From assembly GCA_047947115.1 (NCBI GenBank), contig CP170459.1, positions 2,496,001 to 2,560,000 on the forward strand: a DNA stretch of 64,000 nucleotides, written 5' to 3'. This document shows, in pieces, positions 10,304 to 19,157 of the stretch. Positions within the stretch are counted from its first letter, which is position 1. Every line of letters starts with the position of its first letter. Position numbers and translations under genes: made by a program. This stretch comes from Verrucomicrobiota bacterium (GTDB taxonomy: Bacteria > Verrucomicrobiota > Verrucomicrobiia > Limisphaerales > AAA164-E04). The notes under the pieces are model-generated. The model was not told the origin of the DNA, did no database searches, and saw only the letters and a list, made by a program, of their open reading frames with translations.

Positions 10304-10915
10304 TTAACTATGCTTCAGCACCTCACTGGAGGCTTGCGTGGTTGGGGTTGATTTTAATTTCCAATAACGAATGCCCGCTCCTGCAACGACGAGCACCACA
10401 ACCAGTGCCAGCCCCGGCATGACGAGGGCCATGACTGAAGTGCTTACGGCTCCGCCGAGTTCAGCTGTCGCGATCAGAGGATTTCCCAGACCGCCGGTCA
10501 TCAGTGTGCTGCCGCCTCGAATAAACGCCATGGCCACATGAATGGCTCCGGCAATGCCGCCACCTGCGATCAAGGCCAGCGACCAGGTCATGAGCGGACT
10601 CATCTCGGTAAACATCGATGCGCTCACGACCGAGCCGGCCACCACTGCCGCAGGCCCGGCAACAGTATCGAGAAAGTGATCCAGTATGGGAATGTAGTAG
10701 GCGCCCACCTCGAGAACCACCGCTGATCCCAGAGCGATGACCGCCGGCCAGGTGTTCAGCCAGGCGAAATTTTCGGATAATTCAAGGTGCCCGCCCATGG
10801 CCGCCAGACTGATGATGAACGGCGGCACAAAAATTCGGAATCCACAGGAGGCACTTAATCCCAGACCGATGAGGATGCTGAGCAAGCTTGAGGAGGATGG
10901 TGGAATGAGTTCCAT
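10304..10915 (-). CDS. DUF4126-family membrane protein
   Basis: Hydrophobic; GLSASCGFRIFVP, EVGAYYIPILDHFLD, TGGLGNP motifs typical of the family. Confidence 0.8.
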   Translation of the reverse strand: MELIPPSSSSLLSILIGLGLSASCGFRIFVPPFIISLAAMGGHLELSENFAWLNTWPAVIALGSAVVLEVGAYYIPILDHFLDTVAGPAAVVAGSVVSASMFTEMSPLMTWSLALIAGGGIAGAIHVAMAFIRGGSTLMTGGLGNPLIATAELGGAVSTSVMALVMPGLALVVVLVVAGAGIRYWKLKSTPTTQASSEVLKHS

Positions 10916-11141
10916 GGTAGTGATCGTGGTTTTTTTAGGTGTTCTGAACTTGTTGCTCTGAAAAACACCGTCATATTGCCCGAGGTTTCAAGAAAATGCT
11001 CTTACAAAGTACTTTTTGAATTGGAATTTTCGAACACGCCCTCATGGTGTGGGCTCTATAAAACGATCAAGATGTTTGGGTTTAATGCCATTAGGGATGC
11101 TTGGAGAGATTTTGATGTTGGTTATGAAACTTTGGTGTTCA

Positions 11142-12164
11142 ATGATTGATTTGGAGTTGCCATGTCGGTTGAGAGGGCTGCTCGGGTTGGTGATTGCTCT
11201 GTCATGTGCCATGGTTTCAGGGTGCCGCCATGACCATGGAGGATTATACTCAACCGGACATCCTGCTTCGTCGATCGAAACTGATTCCCCGTCAGTTGAC
11301 TCCTCCACGACTTCAACAGCTTCATCCACTGTGTTGATGCTGGCCCATGTTGAATCAGACACTCTTCAGAATCTGATTCAAATCTCTGATCGGGTCTATT
11401 CGGGAGGGGAACCTCACGGTGAAGATGCATTTCGGGAACTGGCAGCACTGGGGATTCAAACCGTTCTCAGCGTCGATGGGGCAAAGCCGGATCTGACAGG
11501 AGCCAAGCGCCAAGGGCTTCGTTACGTGCATGTTCCTATCGGGTATGACGGTGTTGAGACGCATTCGGCATTGTCCATTGTTCAATTGATGAGGGAATCC
11601 GAAGGCAAGATCTACGTGCATTGCCACCACGGACGACATCGGGGGCCGGTTGCGGCTGCCATCGCCTGCATGGCTGATGGACAAGTGGGGCCCGAAGCTG
11701 GATTGAGTATTTTAGAGGTCGCTGGAACCAGTCGTGATTATGCAGGACTTTGGCGCGATGTGGCCGCCTTTCGTCCACCGGACGCCGATGTCATATTGCC
11801 TGAACTGACTGAAGTGGCACGGGTAGGAGATTTGGCTGAGTCGATGGCCAAGATGGATCGGGTATTTGATCGATTGACACTTTTAAGCGCGCATCAGTGG
11901 CAACCTCCTGATTCGCATGAGGATTTGGATGCGCGACAGGAAGCCATCATCCTTCGTGAACTTTTGCATGAATGCGGGCGTCTATTGGATGCCGGTGCGG
12001 CCAAGGACCTTTACAAACGATTTGATCACTCTGAAAAAGAAGCCGGAGCACTCGAGAACGCATTGCAAGCTGGTTATTTGGAACGATCCACCAACTTGCT
12101 TGGACAAATTAAAATTTCCTGCAAATCCTGCCACCAGCAACACCGAAACGATCCCGGTCATTAA
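11142..12164 (+). CDS. Lipoprotein with Cx5R phosphatase/sulfurtransferase-like domain and C-terminal cytochrome c'-like CxxCH
   Basis: Lipobox-like MVSGC; VYSGGEP and YVHCHHGRHRG (HCx5R); helical C-terminal region ending CKSCH at 12120-12134. Start uncertain (ORF open from 11016). Confidence 0.7.
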   Translation: MIDLELPCRLRGLLGLVIALSCAMVSGCRHDHGGLYSTGHPASSIETDSPSVDSSTTSTASSTVLMLAHVESDTLQNLIQISDRVYSGGEPHGEDAFRELAALGIQTVLSVDGAKPDLTGAKRQGLRYVHVPIGYDGVETHSALSIVQLMRESEGKIYVHCHHGRHRGPVAAAIACMADGQVGPEAGLSILEVAGTSRDYAGLWRDVAAFRPPDADVILPELTEVARVGDLAESMAKMDRVFDRLTLLSAHQWQPPDSHEDLDARQEAIILRELLHECGRLLDAGAAKDLYKRFDHSEKEAGALENALQAGYLERSTNLLGQIKISCKSCHQQHRNDPGH

Positions 12165-12371
12165 GCCGCTGTTTGCTCTTGCAAAATCTGTAGCAAGAAT
12201 TTGCAAATCATTAAGTTTCCAGCCAAAAGTGATTGATTCTCTTCTGCAATTAAGGTTTGCTCGTTTTATTCTCCTTTGTTTCACAGGTTAAACTGAATTG
12301 CAGATGCAATGTTACAGATTTGTGGAGGTGTGGACGTTCATGGCGGAACTCCACTGAGCCACGCAAACATC

Positions 12372-15300
12372 ATGAAGTATATGAACAAACTAAAAAACAA
12401 ACTGAAATACATGGCGGGATTGGCTGCCTTGGTCTTGACGGTGGGTCAAGCCGTGGCACAGCCATCAACACCCCAGGAGACCATCACAGGGCGTGCCTGG
12501 CTGGATATCGGCGGCACGGCAATTGGTGATCTCACTGGAAATGCAAAGTTCCCGGATAATTACGATGTCCAGGTTTGGCTTCCTTATTTTGAATGGAACC
12601 CGGATCCCGATGGGAACATCGATAATCCTTCCAACAACGCCTTTGGCGACAACTATGGGGCCCAGATCCTGGGTTATTTCCACGCCCCAGCTACTGGAGA
12701 CTATACATTCTGGATTTCGGCGGACGACAACGCTGAGCTTTACTTGAGTACCGACGAAGATCCGGCAAACAAATTACTGATTGCCAGAGAATCCGGATGG
12801 TCCAATCCACGTAACTGGGATTCCATTGGTGGAGCTCCCAGTGTCGTTGAGGAAAAAAATTCCAGCACCTACACCGGCACCCAGTGGCCTGACACCAATG
12901 CTGATGGCGGAGCCACTATCACGCTCCAGCAAGGTCAGGCTTACTACATCGAAGCTCTCGTCAAAGAGGGGGGCGGCGGTGATAATCTGGCTGTTGCCGT
13001 GGAAGATCCGAACGGGATCATTGATCCATTCCTTCCCATCCCAGGCGAATACCTTTCCTCCCACGTTCCATCCGGTCCCTTGGCAATTACCAGTCAACCA
13101 GTTGGAGCCACAGTCGATGCATTGACCTCTCTGACTCTGTCCGTGGAAGTGTCTGGAACACCCCCCTATGCCTTTCAATGGAAAAAGGACGGATCAGATG
13201 TTGATGGGGCTACAAGTGCTAGTCTCACCATTGATCGTGTGGGTGCTGGCGATGCCGGTTCTTACACCGTCGAAGTTTCCGGTGCCAGTGGTTCTGCCAC
13301 AAGCAACGCGGCAGTCGTTGCTGTCAACAGTGATGACGTAGCACCAGCTCTGACCTTTGTTACCGGATCTGAAACCTTTACCGTGGTGAAGGTCACCTTT
13401 TCAGAACCTGTCGATGCCGCCACCGGTGGTAATGCATCGAACTACAAGCTATCAGGTGGTATCAACGTGACCGGTGCAACCGTTGCCGATGCCCCGAATG
13501 ACAACACTGTTATTTTGAACACCAGTAAACAGGACGAAGGCACGATGCTGACTCTGAGTGTAGAGAATGTTCAGGATCTGTTCGGAAATGCCATCGCCGC
13601 TGCTTCCATGGAGTTCTCGACCTTCGTGTGGCAGGAAGGTGTCGTGTTGCACAAATTCTGGGAAAATATGACGACGAACAATCTGGATGGTTTGCGTGCC
13701 GATCCACGTTTCCCGGACAATCCGTCCTGGGTTTCTCTTGAACCATTCTGGGAGTATGGCCCCGGTGGTTCCAACGAAAGTGGCAGCAACTACGGCAACC
13801 AACTGGTTGGCTGGTTCGTTGCACCCGAGGATGGCAACTACATCTTTTTCACCAACTCGGACGATCCTTCCGACCTCTACCTGAGTACGGATGATGATCC
13901 GGCCAACAAGCTGCTCATCGCTCGCGAGGCGGGCTGGTCCAATGCCCGCAGCTGGAATTCGGTCGGGGACGGAAGTGTTGCGGATGACAAACGTTCCGAT
14001 TTCTTCATCGACAGTGAATGGCCGACTCTTGATATCAAGTTGGAAGCCGGAAAGCGCTATTACCTCGAATCCATCCACACGGAAGGTGGCGGCGGTGACA
14101 ATGTGGGGGCAACCGTTATCAGCAGTCTGGATCCAGATCCAGCCGATGGCGATGCACCTACCTTGACCGGCTCCTTGATCGGAACTTACCTCGATCCAAA
14201 TGGTGCGGAAATCACCATTGACCAACAACCTTCCGATGTCACCACTGATGAAGGTCAGTCCGTTACCCTTGCAATCGGTGCATCCGGGATGTCCGCTTAC
14301 GGCAACACCGTGGGAATCCAATGGCAGACTGCCGCGGCCGGAAGTTCCGATTTCAGCAATGTGGCAGGGGCAACCACAGAAACATTGAATACGGGCGTAC
14401 TGACCACTGCCGATTCGGGAGTGCAGTTCCGGGTTGTTTTGACTGTTCCTACGCTCACCGTGACCAGCGATGTGGCTACTGTGACGGTTGAAAGTGATAC
14501 CAATCCTCCTTCGATCGTGGGTGTTTCCGCCACTTCGGCCAACACATTGATTGTTCGCTTCAACGAGCGCATTGATGAAACCACCGGTTCACAGGCCGGG
14601 AACTTCAGCCTCAGCGATGGTGTCAGTATTTCCAGCGCACAGGCAACCGGGAGTACGGTTCTGTTGACCACCGGAGATTTGACTCCGGGTGGTTCTTATA
14701 CACTCACTGCTGGTGGTGTGAACGACTTGTTCGGAAACGCACTCGCTGCAGGTTCGACCAAGAACTTCACCGTCAATATCGTAACCTATACCGACATCAT
14801 TCTGGAAGACGGTCCAATCGTGTTCTACACATTTGATGGCGACAGCGGTCAGGTGTCCACCAACCATGGAACACTCGGTAGCGATGCTGATGGACTCTGG
14901 ATGTCCGGTGCCGGTCCTGACGATTCCTTCGAATGGGATGTGACCACTGAAGAAGGTCCCAACAGCGGAGAAGGTTTTCTTGGTTTTGCCGGAGACAACC
15001 AGGCCGCTTCATTCAATGGCGATCTTGACGCCATCTGGATCGACGCTCAGGGCTCTTGGTTGAGTAACCTGGATTCCTTCACCTTGGAATATTGGGTCAA
15101 ACCCACCAACCGTGAAGGTAATGGCTGGAATCGAGTTGGGATCGTTGGTCAGAACGATACTGTGGAATACGGTTTCATTAACGGAACGACCATTCAGATC
15201 TGGACCCCGGGTGGCGGTTCTCTGAATACCACCTATGAATTCGGTGATGACGAGTGGCATCACGTGGCAACCATCGCCGATGGGGGTCAGATTGTGAACT

Positions 15301-16466
15301 ACTTCGACGGTGTGTTGATCAACAGCGGTGGTGGAGCAACTGCCAACTATGGTGCTGCTGACTTCAACGTGCACATCGGTGGTGGTGGTGTCTATGACGC
15401 AACCGGCAATCACTTCGAAGGTGCTTTGGACGCAGTGGCCATCTTTAACAAGGCCATCCCTGGCGAGCGAGTGGAAGAACACTTCCGGGCTGGTCGTGAA
15501 GGTGGTTCCATTGCTGAAGCTACCGGTATCGACATCGCTTGGGTGAGTTTCCATCCTGCTGACAACGAACCAGGCGCCGATGCGGCTGCTGCCGGTTTCA
15601 CCGAAGCGGCTGACAAAGGTTATACCGACCTGCTGCGCAAGGCCGGGCACAACGTGACCCGCGTCCTTACTTCCGGTACTCCTGATGTGGCGGCATTGAA
15701 CGAATACGATCTCGTGATCATCAGTCGTTCGGTCCCAAGTGGTGATTATCAGGATGCTGCTGAAGCAGCTGCCTGGAACAGCGTGGAAACGCCCACCTTG
15801 ATTCTGGGCGGTTATATCCTCCGCAATAGTCGTCTGGGATACACCACCGGAGGAACGATGGTGGACACTGATCGCGTGATCAAGCTGTTGGCCAATGATC
15901 CTAATCACCCCATCTTTGCTGATATTGCATTGGATGCGAATGGTCTCATGGTGAATGACTACGCCGGTATCGTGACCGCTCTCGACAATGTTCAGCGCGG
16001 TGTTTCCATCAATAATGATCCTATCATTGGTGGCGGGAAATTGGTTGCAACGGTTGGAACATCCGATGATCCTACTGTCGGCGGGATGGTTATCGGCGAG
16101 TTCGGTGCCGGGACCTCCATGTCCAATGGCGGAGGAGATACCCTGAACGGACATCGCATGGTCTTCCTGACCGGTAGCCGTGAGCAGGGATTCACCTCGC
16201 AGGGTGCAGGTATCTACGACTTGGAAGCCGACGGCGCCAAGTTGTTCCTGAACGCCGTGAACTACATGACCTCTCTGCCTGACGCTCCTGCTGGTGGCGC
16301 TGCCATTGCCATTGCAAATGAGGGTGGCAACATTGCTATCACTTACGAAGGCACCTTGCAGTCAGCGGACAGCGTGACCGGTCCTTACAGCAACGTGACA
16401 GGAGCTTCCAGTCCGTTCAGTGTCACAGCTGACGCGCCTCAGAAGTTCTACCGAGCCGTTCAGTAA
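12372..16466 (+). CDS. Large secreted multidomain protein: 2x(PA14 - Ig-like - Ig-like), LamG/ConA-like lectin domain, and a C-terminal tail domain
   Basis: Signal peptide ending AVA-Q; duplicated LYLSTD(E/D)DPANKLLIARE.GWSN and EGGGGDN motifs; YAFQWKKDG Ig motif; FTLEYWVKP...WHHVA...FEGALDAVAIFNKA LamG motifs; acidic, Gly/Thr/Asp-rich composition. Confidence 0.8.
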   Translation: MKYMNKLKNKLKYMAGLAALVLTVGQAVAQPSTPQETITGRAWLDIGGTAIGDLTGNAKFPDNYDVQVWLPYFEWNPDPDGNIDNPSNNAFGDNYGAQILGYFHAPATGDYTFWISADDNAELYLSTDEDPANKLLIARESGWSNPRNWDSIGGAPSVVEEKNSSTYTGTQWPDTNADGGATITLQQGQAYYIEALVKEGGGGDNLAVAVEDPNGIIDPFLPIPGEYLSSHVPSGPLAITSQPVGATVDALTSLTLSVEVSGTPPYAFQWKKDGSDVDGATSASLTIDRVGAGDAGSYTVEVSGASGSATSNAAVVAVNSDDVAPALTFVTGSETFTVVKVTFSEPVDAATGGNASNYKLSGGINVTGATVADAPNDNTVILNTSKQDEGTMLTLSVENVQDLFGNAIAAASMEFSTFVWQEGVVLHKFWENMTTNNLDGLRADPRFPDNPSWVSLEPFWEYGPGGSNESGSNYGNQLVGWFVAPEDGNYIFFTNSDDPSDLYLSTDDDPANKLLIAREAGWSNARSWNSVGDGSVADDKRSDFFIDSEWPTLDIKLEAGKRYYLESIHTEGGGGDNVGATVISSLDPDPADGDAPTLTGSLIGTYLDPNGAEITIDQQPSDVTTDEGQSVTLAIGASGMSAYGNTVGIQWQTAAAGSSDFSNVAGATTETLNTGVLTTADSGVQFRVVLTVPTLTVTSDVATVTVESDTNPPSIVGVSATSANTLIVRFNERIDETTGSQAGNFSLSDGVSISSAQATGSTVLLTTGDLTPGGSYTLTAGGVNDLFGNALAAGSTKNFTVNIVTYTDIILEDGPIVFYTFDGDSGQVSTNHGTLGSDADGLWMSGAGPDDSFEWDVTTEEGPNSGEGFLGFAGDNQAASFNGDLDAIWIDAQGSWLSNLDSFTLEYWVKPTNREGNGWNRVGIVGQNDTVEYGFINGTTIQIWTPGGGSLNTTYEFGDDEWHHVATIADGGQIVNYFDGVLINSGGGATANYGAADFNVHIGGGGVYDATGNHFEGALDAVAIFNKAIPGERVEEHFRAGREGGSIAEATGIDIAWVSFHPADNEPGADAAAAGFTEAADKGYTDLLRKAGHNVTRVLTSGTPDVAALNEYDLVIISRSVPSGDYQDAAEAAAWNSVETPTLILGGYILRNSRLGYTTGGTMVDTDRVIKLLANDPNHPIFADIALDANGLMVNDYAGIVTALDNVQRGVSINNDPIIGGGKLVATVGTSDDPTVGGMVIGEFGAGTSMSNGGGDTLNGHRMVFLTGSREQGFTSQGAGIYDLEADGAKLFLNAVNYMTSLPDAPAGGAAIAIANEGGNIAITYEGTLQSADSVTGPYSNVTGASSPFSVTADAPQKFYRAVQ

Positions 16467-16496
16467 GATCTTCGGATTGAGCTGGAAATTATACAC

Positions 16497-16528
16497 AAGG
16501 CCGGGCGCTGAAGCGCCCGGCCTTTTTT
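16497..16528 (+). terminator. Rho-independent terminator
   Basis: aaggccgggcgc-tgaa-gcgcccggcctt followed by a T run, 30 nt after the stop of the giant protein gene. Confidence 0.9.
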
Positions 16529-16774
16529 GTGGGCAGGGATTCCATACTGCGCGTCCGTATGCGTTATTGCATGGTTGTCGCAGGTCGTTGGATACCGGTT
16601 GCGCATACGCTACACCGTATAGGCGGTGCCCTGCCGGCACAGTGTTTGAATTATTTTTACATTTGTTTAAATTCGCACTTGCATTTTTTTTCCAAGAGCA
16701 TCATCTAGGCATTGGTAAATTTAATGTACTCAGAATTATTCTTCTACAGAGGCTGCGACATCGCCTGAATCGCC

Positions 16775-18358
16775 GTGAAGAGGTCTCGAATCCGCATCCG
16801 TCAGGCTCATCTGTCAGACGTTCCATTGCTGGTGGAACTCAATCGCAAGGCCTACCCCACCATGGCGCAGGACAATGTCATATGGGGGGAATCCCACCTT
16901 CGAAGTCATCAACGGGTTTTTCCTGAAGGTCAGTTGGTCGCAGTATTGGAAGGCAGGATTGTGGGGGCGGCGGCCAGTTTGATCGTTGACCTGTCTCGTG
17001 ATCCCAATCGTCCGCACACTTGGGCGGGTATCACGGACAGCGGTTACTTCCACAATCACAATCCGGAGGGCGATACTTTGTACGGAGCCGATGTGTATGT
17101 GGATCCGGATTGCCATCGCATGGGCGTTGGATCGTCGCTATACGAGGCCCGTCGAAAACTTTGTCAAAAATTCAACCTGCGCCGGATACTGGCCGGTGGG
17201 CGTCTGGTGAAATACCATCATTACCGAGATCAGATTTCGCCTGAGGAATACGCCGAACGAGTCGTCAAAGGGGAGATAAAGGATCCTGTGTTGACCTTCC
17301 AGCTGCGGCATGGATTTGAATTACGGGGCGTGCTTTCCAATTACCTGCACGACACCATGAGTTGCAATTTTGCCAGTCAGATCGAATGGCTGAACCCCAA
17401 GTTCAAAGCCAAGCCCTCAGCTGTTCGCAAGGTGCGTGTTTCCTGTGTGCAATACCAGATGCGCAAAGTGACTTCCTTCGAAGATTTCGCCCGCCAGGTC
17501 ACTTACTTTGTGGACATTGCCAGTGATTACGGCAGTGATTTCCTGTTGATGCCTGAATTGTTCTCGGTGCAACTGCTGTCCCAGACGAGCACCTTGACCC
17601 CACAGGAGGGAATCCGCGAACTGACCGCCTACACCAAGCCTTTCGTCAAGTTGATGACCTCGCTTGCCAAACGATATGATTTGACCATCATTTCCGGAAG
17701 CCACCCCGTCAAGAGAGGAAAGGATATATGGAACATCAGTCACATCTGCCTTCCTTCAGGGCGGGTTGTCGAGCAACCGAAGCTGCACATCACGCCGAAC
17801 GAACGGAAATGGTGGGGGATTACAGGAGGGGATCAACTTGCGGTCATTGACACCCCTGCGGGAAAAATCGGGGTGTTAATTTGTTATGATGTCGAGTTTC
17901 CGGAGGCGGCTCGTTACCTCGCTGATCAGGGGGCTGAAATTATCTTTGTTCCCTTCTGCACGGACAATCGCCAGGGTTACATGCGGGTTCGTTACTGTGC
18001 CCAGGCCAGGGCGATTGAGAATCAGGTCTATGTGGCTTTGGCTGGCAATGTAGGCAACCTTCCGGACGTAGTGAACATGGATGTTCAGTATGGGCAGGCA
18101 GCAGTGTTGACTCCTTGTGATTTTGCATTTGCGCGGGATGGCATTGCGGCCGAAGCGGATTCCAATGAGGAAACCATCCTGGTATGCGATCTGGACCTCG
18201 ACGACCTGCACGAGGCCCGCCATTCAGGTACCGTGACACCAAGATTGGATCGGCGCCCGGATTTGTTTCTGGCGCGGCATCAGTTCAAGGACATGACTCC
18301 TCTGGAATATCATCTGGATGAGGGCCCGTTGGGGGACCAGCCGAAATTTGGTGGTTGA
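16775..18358 (+). CDS. Bifunctional GNAT acetyltransferase / carbon-nitrogen hydrolase (B. subtilis YhcX-like architecture)
   Basis: N-terminal GNAT (FPEGQLVA, TLYGADVYVDP..RMGVGSSLY, DPVLTFQL); C-terminal nitrilase triad E (LMPELF), K (QPKLH), C (ICYDVEFPE). Confidence 0.9.
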   Translation: MKRSRIRIRQAHLSDVPLLVELNRKAYPTMAQDNVIWGESHLRSHQRVFPEGQLVAVLEGRIVGAAASLIVDLSRDPNRPHTWAGITDSGYFHNHNPEGDTLYGADVYVDPDCHRMGVGSSLYEARRKLCQKFNLRRILAGGRLVKYHHYRDQISPEEYAERVVKGEIKDPVLTFQLRHGFELRGVLSNYLHDTMSCNFASQIEWLNPKFKAKPSAVRKVRVSCVQYQMRKVTSFEDFARQVTYFVDIASDYGSDFLLMPELFSVQLLSQTSTLTPQEGIRELTAYTKPFVKLMTSLAKRYDLTIISGSHPVKRGKDIWNISHICLPSGRVVEQPKLHITPNERKWWGITGGDQLAVIDTPAGKIGVLICYDVEFPEAARYLADQGAEIIFVPFCTDNRQGYMRVRYCAQARAIENQVYVALAGNVGNLPDVVNMDVQYGQAAVLTPCDFAFARDGIAAEADSNEETILVCDLDLDDLHEARHSGTVTPRLDRRPDLFLARHQFKDMTPLEYHLDEGPLGDQPKFGG

Positions 18359-19142
18359 CTCTCATCCAAACGGTGAGATTTTACAGCTGACAACAAACTG
18401 TTTCTTGAAAACAAACACCTACCCTGAAAATCTGGATCGGTTCCAACTCGATCTTGAATTGCAGCCGCAGCCCAACGACACCACATGTGGCCCCACATGT
18501 CTGCAGGCCATTTACCATTATTACGGGGACACCGTTGGTTTGGATCAACTGACTCATCACATCCCGGAATTGGAAAATGGCGGCACCCTGGCGGTTCAGT
18601 TGGGGTTGCACGCCCTGCAACGTGGTTATCAGGCTCGCATCTGGACTTTCAACCTGCGAATTTTTGATCCCACCTGGTTTCACCATGGTGTTCCGAAAGC
18701 CGGATTGGACGACCGGTTGAAGCACCAGGAGGAGCATCGCGAAGATCCCAAGCGACGCATGGCGGCCGCAGCTTACCTGGCATTTCACCTGAACAAAGGA
18801 GACATTCGTTTCGGTGTTCTGAATGGTAAATTGATAAGAAGCATATTGCGGGCGCAATACCCCCTGATTGTAGGGCTGAGTTCTACTTTCCTTTACAATG
18901 CCTGTCGTGAGATGCCCGACACCAATAAGGATGATGATCTGAATGGTGATCCCTGTGGGCATTTTGTGGTCCTGTGTGGCTACGACAAACAATCGCGCCT
19001 GGTCAAAGTGGCTGATCCCTATCATGATAATCCGTTGAGTCGTGCCGGGTATTATCAGGTCGATCTGGATCGATTGATCAATGCCATTCTGTTGGGTGTG
19101 CTGACCTACGATGGCAACCTTCTGCAGATTTATCCTAAATAA
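18318..19142 (+). CDS. Peptidase C39-like papain-fold cysteine protein (cytoplasmic)
   Basis: QPNDTTCGPTCL (Gln, catalytic Cys), GHFVVLCGYD (His), VADPY (Asp). True start probably GTG 18351 or TTG 18405. Confidence 0.85.
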   Translation: MRARWGTSRNLVVDSHPNGEILQLTTNCFLKTNTYPENLDRFQLDLELQPQPNDTTCGPTCLQAIYHYYGDTVGLDQLTHHIPELENGGTLAVQLGLHALQRGYQARIWTFNLRIFDPTWFHHGVPKAGLDDRLKHQEEHREDPKRRMAAAAYLAFHLNKGDIRFGVLNGKLIRSILRAQYPLIVGLSSTFLYNACREMPDTNKDDDLNGDPCGHFVVLCGYDKQSRLVKVADPYHDNPLSRAGYYQVDLDRLINAILLGVLTYDGNLLQIYPK

Positions 19143-19157
19143 TCATTCAAATCTGGT

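Noticed and set aside
12175..12312. Clustered TTGCAA/TGCA motifs upstream of the giant protein gene
   Set aside because: Could be operator or -35 elements, but spacing is irregular and no regulator can be assigned from sequence alone.
13452..16154. Minus-strand ORFs of 289 and 381 aa
   Set aside because: Antisense shadows of the giant secreted protein gene.
16571..16708. 45-codon ORF as a precursor peptide for the ligase operon
   Set aside because: No RBS or precursor-like composition; it runs through the hairpin and the AT-rich promoter-like tract.
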